DNA of 64,000 bases, taken from Lingula anatina. Its lineage: Eukaryota; Animalia; Brachiopoda. Location: assembly GCA_051362555.1 (NCBI GenBank), contig CM120640.1, forward strand, positions 9,796,001 through 9,860,000, read 5' to 3'. This document shows positions 27,867 through 38,192 of this stretch, piece after piece. The position numbers and the translations under genes were made by a program. Position 1 is the first letter of the stretch; each line of letters begins with the position of its first letter. The notes under the pieces were generated by a model. It was not told the origin of the DNA. It saw only the letters and a program-made list of their open reading frames with translations, and made no database searches.

Positions 27867-27908
27867 CGTCATAGGAGAAGCTGTTGCAACCATTTTGTTG
27901 GCTTTCGT
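27867..27908 (-). CDS. Candidate 42-nt upstream exon of the 809-aa locus (ATG at 27893, MVATASPMT)
   Basis: Acceptor tttctcttacacag, Kozak-like caacaaaATGG, canonical donor ACG|GTAAGT in phase 0. Confidence 0.4.
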
Positions 27909-29028
27909 CTGTGTAAGAGAAACTGAGACAAATCAGAATTGTTGCAGAATATATGTTTCGTTCGCTGCCATGCGTGGACTGCTGATGTCACCAAGCTGGT
28001 ACTTGAGACCCAACTAAGGATAAACATGCGAAGAATTGTAGAAACAAGGCCAATCGGCCCAAATGAAGCAGCTTTATCGTTTGCTCCATTAGCTTTGAAT
28101 ACACAGTTTGAAAATCAAATAAAAACCATTCAATGTTTTGTGAGCTTGCCTCTCTCTCCTAATGTATGCCTGATATGGGGCTTTCTTCTGTTAAATTACC
28201 GAGTAAACACCGATGTGTATTTTGGAATGTTTTTCATTGCTATTTGCTAAAGAGGCTTTTCAGTTTGACTCTAAAGCCTCATGCTTGAAGAAAGTCAACC
28301 TGAACATTTATACAGTTACATGATAAAGAGTTTTTTCAAATAATGCATCGAAGCCAAATCAATCCAGAATTTGAAAGAACTACAAAACATAACAAGCGGA
28401 ATAAATTATTATAATATTCAGCAAACCAAGGAATGTGACAATCTGTAAAAAGTTGCATGCATGCAGTGTGTGCCGTTTCTGCTGTTTCGTGAATGAGAAT
28501 CGGAAACTGTTTGACCTGGGTAAAGATATATAAAAAAGCAATCTTAGTGATGTTAGGCCGCTAGTTTGAGTTTTATTCCAGAACGTTGCCAATTTGTTTT
28601 CTAAAATGACATGCATTTATTCCTGTAAAAAGCTCTGTATCTTTAAAAAGAAATGAAATTGCGATTTTTTTTACGTTCATTCATCTTATTCGGAGGAATG
28701 TTCAATTCAGAAGTATAGTGAGAGTAGGCCTACTAGTAAGCTTTATTAGAAAAATGGTCATTGTCGCCAAGAAAATAGTTCTGGTTTTTGTTTTATAGGC
28801 CTACACAGACATTTTGAAGTGTCTTTTTTATGAAGATCGCTTAATCTGTGACATAAAAACAGTACAGAAAAAAAAAAAAAAGAAAAAAAGAAAAGTCGCG
28901 TGGCATAGGCCTACACATAAACATTCATGGGAAAATGAAATTGTACCTTACAATAGTTTTCCATCACTTTACAATATTTAACATCTTTATCAGTCTATCT
29001 AATGTTTACATAGCAAAAGTACTCTTTC

Positions 29029-29185
29029 AAAAAAAAAAAAATAATAAATAAAATAATAATAATAATAAAAATAAATAAATAAATAAATAAAAATAAATAC
29101 ATAAAGAAATAAATAAAAATAAATAATGAATAAAATAAAATAAGATAATAATAATAAATAATAATAATAATCCCATAAATAAAAA
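29029..29185. repeat. A-rich compound microsatellite (poly-A, AAT, AAAT) upstream of SBDS
   Basis: Directly visible low-complexity tract; it generates spurious F/Y/L/I-rich ORFs on the minus strand. Confidence 0.9.
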
Positions 29186-29744
29186 TAGAGATGCAGTGTA
29201 ACTGTCATTTTTCTTAAAAACATATATTATATAATAAAATATGATAAAATGAAATAAAAACGCGTCAGTTCTGCTCACCGCTATTTACACAAATAATGTA
29301 ATTACTTATTACTATTGTATAAATTTTGTCTCATTTTTAGAAAATCGTTGTTTTGGTTTTATTCCTAATACATGTACTTGAATAAACTTTGGAAGCACGA
29401 AGATGTTGTTGGTTTTAAAGTAGACTAAAGTAAGCACAAGTTATTAGTTGTGATCGAACAATGGGTTTAAATTATCACTTATATGCCCAAAAGTCATTAT
29501 TGCCCATTTTCCCCAAAAAAGTGATAACATTTTATTTGTTTTCACATATATTTTATACATGTGTGAATCTAGTGTAAGATACGACCGCTAAGACTTTGGT
29601 ACCTCTTGGCAAATATCCCCTCTTTTTTGTTTGGAGATTAATTCACGATTTCCAGATTGCGCTGCATGTTGCAAGCTGCAACCACAGGATAAATACTGCA
29701 GTAGCTACGAAATATGTTATAACAGACAAGACATTAATGCAAAT

Positions 29745-31724
29745 ATGTCCATATTTACTCCGACTAACCAGAAAAAGCTTACCAATGTTGCTGTGGTACG
29801 CATGAAAAAGGCTGGCAAGAGGTTTGAGATCGCCTGTTATCCAAACAAAGTCACATCATGGAGAAACAAAGTGTATGTTTAGTTTCATTCATTTCTTTAA
29901 TTTATTGGAGAGTAGTGAATTCCTTTTTTCGTCCATGAAATATAACAAAGTTTTGATGTACAGGTTAAAAAGTAAAATTGGATGTAAATGTCATTGACAC
30001 TTTAATTGATGGTACTGCATTATTACCAGCACTACAGTACAGTGTAATTGGTGTGTCAAATCTTTCTCATTCCTAATATTTGTCAAGTTTTTCTATCTTA
30101 ACAGCGAGAAAGACATAGAAGAAGTACTGCAAACTCATGCAGTTTTCCTCAATGTTTCCAAGGGCCAATTAGCCAAAGCAGAGGACCTACAGAAGGCGTT
30201 TGGCACAGATAACCAGGAGGAGATCTGCCTAAAGGTACTTACCCAGTTTTTCTGTCTACGGTTTGTACTGTAACATGCCTGGAATTATTGTAGTATGATA
30301 ACATTTTAGCCAACTGCCAACTTTGTTCTAATTTGTCAAAGGAAAATGCTTAACATTTTACCATGGTAAGTGCCAGAATTGTCCTTTATTTTAACATTTT
30401 GATATGGATAAAAGTATTCAGTAATTTAGTGAATAATTTTTTTCTTATTTAGCCCACATTGCATTGCATATATAGAACATTGTATACTAATGTACAAATC
30501 ACTAGCAGTCTTTAGTCAAGGTACCACAAACCATCTGTCAAACACATAATTTACTGTACTTTAACTTAATTGACCAGATCATTTTTTCATAACAAGCTGG
30601 CAATTAAGTCATCAAATTCTTTAAACATGTTTATTGTCATTTTTTGTCAAATTGGTAAACTTATAAATGTATCCATGCATTCGGTACATATTTCAGATAT
30701 TAGCAAAGGGTGAACTACAGGTCTCAGAGAAAGAAAGGCAAGGGCAGCTGGAGTCAATGTTCAGAGACATAGCCACAATAATAGCAGACAAATGTGTCAA
30801 CCCAGACACAAAACGTCCCTACACTGTGACCATGATTGAAAAGGCCATGAAAGATGCTCATATCTCTGTGAAACCATCCAAAAGTACAAAGCAACAGGTT
30901 AGTGATTGAAAAGTAAATTAATTTGCTAATTAAGAGGTACTGTAATTTGTAATGCAATTTAAATGTAAGCTTAAACAATTTGCAAAGTTCACTTAGTGAA
31001 AATTTTACCTTTTTCAGGCACTTGAAGTAATCAAGGAGTTAAAAGAATTTAAAGGCATAAATATTGAAAGAGCTCAGATGAGACTAAGGATAGCCATTGC
31101 AGGTCTGTGTGACATTTTATCCATGTAATATGAAAATACACTGTATGCCTTATCTAAAACAATTAGAATATTTTGTACATTAAAGCAAATGACTCTTTAG
31201 TCAAACATTTAAAGATTTTTCATGTTCATTTATTTATTTATTTGCAAGAAGTGGATAAATGTGTTATCTTTGCAGCTAAAGATGCCAAGAAACTTAAGGA
31301 TAAACTAAAAAACTTGTCAAAGAGTGTGGAGTCCGAAGAGTCGGACGGAGATGAATTGGAAATGGTAGGAATTTTACCCATATGCCCACTGCAGGTTTTA
31401 AAACAGCTAAATGAATACCAATTCCATTATCTACGTTAAGTAATCAAATACCAAATTAGCTTAAGGATCTGTATTTGATGCAAGGTAATTTGAATGATAA
31501 TAACATCTTCTTATCCAGTAATTTGGGATGTACCAAACAGGGCACATTGAATTTTAATTGCCTGTCAGTGAATTCCCCCCTGTATTTCTGAATTTTAGGT
31601 TATACTAATAGATCCAGGGTGCTACAGAGAAATTGATGATCTGGTCAAAACCGAAACCAAAGGCAAGGGAAGAATAGAGATGTTGAGCTTAAAGGAAGTG
31701 GTGGAAGGAGATGAAAAATTTTAA
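29745..31724 (+). CDS. SBDS: Ribosome maturation protein SBDS (Shwachman-Bodian-Diamond syndrome protein/Sdo1), 6 coding exons, 252 aa
   Basis: Exons 29745-29872, 30105-30234, 30697-30897, 31018-31102, 31276-31364, 31599-31724; all GT-AG, total 759 nt, in frame. Translation [100 protein letters not shown]...[38 protein letters not shown] is clearly SBDS. Confidence 0.97.
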
Positions 31725-34316
31725 TGAATACATTAAAAAGGACTCGAGTTAAAAACCAGCAGTTGGAAGATTTATGATAAAGAAGGATTGTTTTCCAGTC
31801 ATACAGGGTTGATTGAAAATGGACAGATTAACTACTAGTAGCTTGAAATATGGTTAGCTATTTTTGATTGTGGGCATGAAATTCTAAGAATACCTTTGAG
31901 GGTAATATTTGGGAACATGGAGACTAAACAAGCAGGCAAATTGAATAGCCCCGAACTAACCAGCAATCTTTGCTCCGCTCAAAACATGTAGTCAGTTTTG
32001 TCAAACTGGATACTTTTTCCGTTTTTTCTTATGCTTATTTTTTACCATTTTAGAAAACGTTGTTATCATGACCTTATCCTGTGTGGTTTTGTTTTCTATT
32101 TAAACCAGGTATTTGCTTAGTGCAGCAGACGCTTATCTATTATAAAAGGTTGAGATTTAGTTGATATATGTCAGTCCTTCATATTGGACTGTAGGATGCT
32201 TATGTTTTCTTTATTGAAGCTGCTGCTCCAGCCATTTGATTTTGCAATATCAAAACTTGGTTTTGAAAAGTTTAAAATATTTGTTTATTATTTATACATT
32301 GTTAAGTGTCAGGTGATGGGTGTCCACTTGCACTTGCCCTGGCAGGTTAAAGACAAGTTATATATTTAAGTTATATAAAGAACCTTTTAAAATAGTTTTC
32401 TTACTGCCAGCAAGTATGTTTTTTTTTTGTATTTTAAAACAGTTTACTTCAATAGATCATTTAAAAAATTAAAACAAACCTCATTTTTACAAAACGTCAT
32501 CATGGAAAATGGATGAGTAGTACTTGTTTTAACAATTTAAATTTAGTTAACAATACTAAATGCCATGTGCATCAGTGCAAAATGCATCATTTTAATGCCT
32601 TAGTAAAAATGCTAAAAAATACTTTGAATTTGACTTTTATTTTGTTAAGTATGACTAGTACAATTCTTTCATCTCAGCAATACTCTTCGTACAACTGGAA
32701 CTGTGGATTGACTTTTTTATTTGGTGCCAAATATCCTAATCTTAATTCGTATACCCCTGACAAATATTGACAAAAAAAGATCAAAATCTGTCTTCAATAT
32801 TGTGTACACCATTAATCAACACTGATTTTTGTATTCTAAGTACTTCTAAGGATATAATACATGGCTGTATCTGGTGCAAAATAAGTACAATGTATGCTTC
32901 AATCAAGTTTTTCCTAGTTATATTCTCGGAAAAGAAGAGAGATGTCCAAACCTCGACCATTGATCTTCTATCAGAAATGCACAAAATCCTCAATAGTACA
33001 GTAGTTCAACAACTAAGGCAACCCAACATTCCCTCATAATGTTTTTTTGTTTTACATTAGGGAACTGTACAAAATAGATCATAACACTTGAGCAAAATGT
33101 CTATGGCATACAAATTTGATCATGGCACATTCATTTTTAAACAAGCACACCTCAAAGAGGATATTAATTAAAAGCAATTTCATACCCTTCACTGTCTGGA
33201 CTGGCTCCAGGAAAACATTTTTTCCTGTCAATCAAACTGCTGTTTAATTTCAGTCATATCAAAATGGTCACAAATTTCAATAAATTTAGTCCCTAGCCAG
33301 TAAAACATTTAATATTAAAGCCAAAATATGAAACTAGAATAGGTTTGACTTGAACTAACAATGTTGGAGTTACCACAGACTATAAGTATCATTCTACTTT
33401 CAACTACAGTATAACTTTGCAAAGACAGAAAATGTTATCTAAAGCTTTGGTCCAATCAGTTTTGTTTACTTTTTTAGTAACCTTTGATTGTGAAATGCTT
33501 TAAGATTACATGGAACTTTTTAAAACTCTGTTACAAGGGGTATTGCTTATTATATGCACTTGGCATATTGCACAAGGTAACATCGGTAAATACTATGACT
33601 GGTGTAAAAAAAATCTTTGACAGTGTCGTATTACAATGTCGTATCACTCATTTAACTGGTACTGTAACAGTATGTATTGAAAACGTAAAACAACATGTAC
33701 GCACAATTTGTTACCCTGCTTTACATAAATTAGTGAGTATTTTTCAAAGGACTAGAGCAGTTGCAACATCCTGAAGGGCATTAAATTGTTAATTACAAAT
33801 GTTCAAAATTTGAAAGAAAAACTGAAAGATATGTCATTTGTCTGATCTATTCATTTAAAGTAGTCACACCACACACTTCCAATTTGAAATTAAATTTAAA
33901 ATTAAATACAAATTATTGCATTCTATGTAAGAACAAAACCTGATTCAATAATTGCCGAAAAGAAAATGTCAAGTCAAATCATTCAAACCCTATATAATTA
34001 TTTATTAAATGGAGCGAACATAGTGTTTCTATAATATACTCAAGACCAATTACAATGCAAAACCAGAAACAAACATAAAACAGCTGTTTTCAGAAACGTG
34101 ATACCAGCCATAAGAAGACATAAGGGGAAATAATGATATACATAACAGTAAGATGAAATATGAATAAAAATAACTTTTACTCGATCTGTGGTACTATCAT
34201 AAATTTCACATGACAAAAATATGGGAGAAACAATTTTACAACACAGTTGTCAAAAACATAAATGAGAACATAAATAATTATCTATGATTGTACCTCTCAG
34301 TACATGTAAAATCGCT

Positions 34317-34423
34317 CCCTCTGCCAGTCTCCCAGTTACCATACTGTTATATATGTAAGGTCACACCCTCTGCCAGTCTCCCAATTATCATACTGTTATA
34401 CATGTAAGGTCACACCCTCTGCC
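34317..34423. repeat. 49-bp tandem repeat (about 2.2 copies) spanning the MVK stop codon
   Basis: Unit ccctctgccagtctcccarttaycatactgttatayatgtaaggtcaca starts at 34317 and 34366, with a partial copy at 34415. Confidence 0.92.
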
Positions 34424-37400
34424 CCAATGCCAGTTTCCCAGCAATCAAAACCTTCTAGAGATAGCTGCTGGATCACACAGTCTAAAGTTTCTTTGGGAAC
34501 ATCTGAAAAGTATAACTAGGTTTAATGCTTGTTCTATGATTATTGTTATTAATATATAACAATTTATGATAAGTAGAAATAAATTGGCAAAAATATTGAA
34601 CCAGAAATGGACATTTTTATACTGATATTAAAATAAATTCCATTTTTTATTTTATAGCAATTTCATTCACTTGCGTACAAAATAAGGAATTGAAAGATCA
34701 ACAAAGAACTTTCCAAATATTACTGGTTATCATTTCGAGCGTTCAGAGTGGGCTGACAGTTATGTAAATTGCTCACATATTTTTTTAAAAGTTCTTATAA
34801 ATAAATATTTCTTTGGTTACATTTTGTTGACTCTAGATACATGATGTATGACCAATTACAGACATGGTCAATCAGCACATCAGACAAGGACAAGTCTACT
34901 CACAGCTGAAAAAATATATTAACCTCACCTGGTCTGATAAGAGCAAAGGCACAGCCTCCTCCTCCTGCCCCAGTGAGTTTAGAACACAAGCCATTGGCTT
35001 TAGTTATCTGAATTACTTTTTCTAATGCTATATGACTGACTCCTATAATATCTAGCTGTTGCTGATTAATGTATATGAGTTCCTGAAGAAGACAAAAATT
35101 TCAATGAATTAAAAGTAAATTTTGCAAAAACATTAATCTGATATGGAATTTTTAATACATGGGTCTTTAAATGGACTAAAAGGCCAAGTTAACTTTCGGG
35201 TTTGTTCACTTCATGTTGATAGAAAATTCCTAGAATATTCTTCATAGAAATCCATTATGTAGACAACGTTTAAATATAAATATCAAGTTCTTTAGCAATA
35301 TAGAAAAGGCATTGGCCAAGAACATCAAAATCACAAATGGTTGAGAAACTTGAAATACAAACTATGACACTACAGATGTACTTACTTCTAATTGCTTATA
35401 ATATTCTTCTGCTTTTCCTTTGTACATTTTCTCAAAGAGAATGAGACATTCTTTTGCCACGGCTTCCATTGTGTCCATCACTGCACTCATTACAACTGTG
35501 GACTAAAAGAGTTCCATAAATATATGACAGGTTAGTTAACAGTTAAGCTTAATTAATTCTGCTAATAAGTCCAAACCTGAAATCTTTCACTGCTATTAAT
35601 GGTATCAATTTGCAATGCCAATTCCTAACAAGTAGACTCCTACAATTCAAGCATGAGTAAATCAGTTAAAATATATTGTTGAAATTTCTGTTTTTGGATA
35701 GGTATGAAACAAAATATAGCAATAAAATTTTAATTTTCACTCTCTGAATGTGGAGGAATTACAGTCTTACTTTGTCATATTTTTTCTTGACTGATTCCAC
35801 CAGTGTCTTTGTGCTTCGTGGTACTTTAGTATTAACCAAAAGAATTCTAATGGAAGGAACTCTAAAAATAAGAAAGTATAACCATCAAGGAAGAAAATTA
35901 AGTCTGAGGAAATGAAGTGGACATCAAACGCAAAATAATGTTAGAAAATACACTGAATTAGAATAAGAAAATCTCAATGACTAGATTTACACTTACTGGG
36001 ACAATATTACTGGCTCAGAACCTTTGGTGAATGAAACAGCATGGCCTACAGTAATAGAAAAAATTAATTATATTTGTGAAAATCAAAATTTAGATAGCCA
36101 TAAGAAAATCTGTGATTATAGTTGAATGTCATACATTGCTTGTGTTAGCGCACAGTTTTGCTGTTGTACATGTTACTAAGTAACACAAAGTGTACACGGT
36201 ATATGTGTTGATAGAATCAGTTGGTCGTAAATGTAATACGGGTTGTTGGTCTAAATTAATGAAATAAATTACTACTCTATTAAAACTCATTTCTTACCAT
36301 AAGTACTAACAGAATTATCAATTCCTGAAGGTTTTCCATGAATGACCTTCTCTGCTTGAAATGCCCAAGCATTGATTAGCTGGAGATCTTTTTCAGACCA
36401 CTTCCCACTAGCTGTAAGAATATTTATGTTCAAATTATTGAAAAAATCATATGTTTTATACTTTATATTTAGACATTGCAAAACATTTTATTTAAAATAA
36501 AATTTTATTACCAAAAACAAATACATAATTACGGGGATAATAACTAGTGTAATTAATTATCCTGAGCATCTAAAAGTTGATGAAATTGATCAGATGCACT
36601 TTATCAATTCTACTTTTTGCACAGTTTATTCAATTTCAACTCATAAAAAAAGTCTGTGTCAAAAGTCTTACCTGAGATCAGATTTTTGTGCAGCAGTAAG
36701 CTTGCAGCTAAGCAGACAGAGTATGCAGCCGAGGAGCCCAGGCCTGCACTCACTGGGAGCTTGGACTCAATACGGATCTCTAGTGGAGTTAAAGTTCTAA
36801 AACCAATACCAGACTTTTAGCATGTAGGTAATATATATATTTATATCATATTCTTTTCAAGTTATACTGGGGAAAACATGTACACAAACATGTAAATATA
36901 TATTGATTGAACACTATTTTTATTTAACAAGGTTATAAAAAGAAAAGTTTGGAGTTCACTTTACAGCATGTTTCAATATGGATCTCACTTTAATTGTTTT
37001 TATGGCATGGTAAAGGCAGAACAAAAAAGATAAAAACAAAGTAGTATCTGCCATTGCTTACTTTTGTGACCCTACAATGGCACAGTAGAGATAGAGGAAA
37101 GAGACCAGTGCTAATGTCTTTGTGTCTGCGCTGTCATGTGGAATGCTAGCAAAGGTCTTCAACTTCTGAAGCAACTCTTCTGATGGAGGTGCTGGTTTTT
37201 CAGGATCACCTGGAAAATAAAACAGTAATCTTTGTAAAAATCTAAACAGTAGTTTATTTTTGGAAGAAAATAAAATTGCAGTTTTCAAATAAAATAGTTC
37301 AATTTTCATAGTTCAATGATGATTGTATTTGTAAAACTTATAAACTTGATGACAGTGCAAATATCTTGCATGCAACAAGAATCCGTAAAAAGTGTTAACT

Positions 37401-38053
37401 TAATAGTTCCAACTAAATGTTTGTGTCTATAACCTAGTCTTATTTGGGGGCATCAATTCCTAAAAGAGTAGATTCATGTGAATACTTAGCATGCCCATGT
37501 GCATATTGAAATCTGTAAGTTAAAAAAATAAAAACGTGTAATAGGTTATTTCCATAGGTACCTAAAAAGTTAATGCCTCATCAATGAGAGCGTGAGTATG
37601 ACCAGTTAATTTACAAGTGTTAAATATGAAAGTGTCGGTGGAACATACACACTGGCAGGGCCACTGCTGCCGCAATCTCTGGGACACTCCAGCCCACTTC
37701 CACGCCAATATCTGGGAGGTGCAGGAGGACGTCATCTTTATCATGGATGGTTTTAATGTGGAGGGTTGTACGGAGAGAAAGGGCTGCAGCGACAGCAAGC
37801 TGAAAATTTGGCCGACGCAACGTTTAAGCAATAAATTAAAAAGGCACATAATGTATCACTAGCACAACTGTACACAATGCAAATCGGTATTCAGAATCTT
37901 TTTCAGATATTGAATTATTTCAATAAAATTTAAGAAATAATATTTATTGCAAAAGTTTCTTTCACGTGGCATTACCTTTCCGTAGACCACAGCATGTTCA
38001 CCGTGGAGAATAATCTTTCCTGGTGCGGACACTACGAACTCTTTGCTCACCAT
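34396..38053 (-). CDS. MVK: Mevalonate kinase (GHMP kinase family), 10 coding exons, 377 aa
   Basis: Exons in transcript order 38053-37976, 37799-37649, 37209-37062, 36796-36672, 36411-36298, 36045-35997, 35861-35771, 35502-35386, 35082-34929, 34502-34396; all GT-AG, total 1134 nt. Motifs: [25 protein letters not shown] loop [65 protein letters not shown]. Confidence 0.96.
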
Positions 38054-38192
38054 TCCGACAGTGTTACCATGCAAAGTCAACAGAGCCGCGTTGTCACACC
38101 ATTTTTTCATACAGTGCTCTCCTGATGAGGTGATCGGAAGTCACAGGCCGCAGGATGTTTACGACTGCTATGCATACTGGGATATTTTCAAT
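38054..38192. promoter_or_regulatory. Bidirectional promoter/5'UTRs shared by MVK and MMAB
   Basis: 139 bp between divergent ATGs, with CpG retained locally. SRE-like GTCACACCAT (38093-38102) and ATGAGGTGAT (38125-38134), ETS/GABP-type CGGAAGT (38135-38141), and YY1-like AATATGGC over the MMAB start. Confidence 0.8.

Noticed and set aside
38054-38110. In-frame upstream ATG giving a 19-aa MVK extension (MKKWCDNA...)
   Set aside because: ATG 38053 aligns with the usual MVK start and the extension overlaps promoter motifs; cannot be excluded without TSS data.
38122-38150. CTGATGA followed by a small stem (hammerhead ribozyme core?)
   Set aside because: No GAAA after the stem or closing helices; better explained as SRE/ETS motifs. 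Other CTGATGA sites (about 4189, 14098, 55735) fail likewise.
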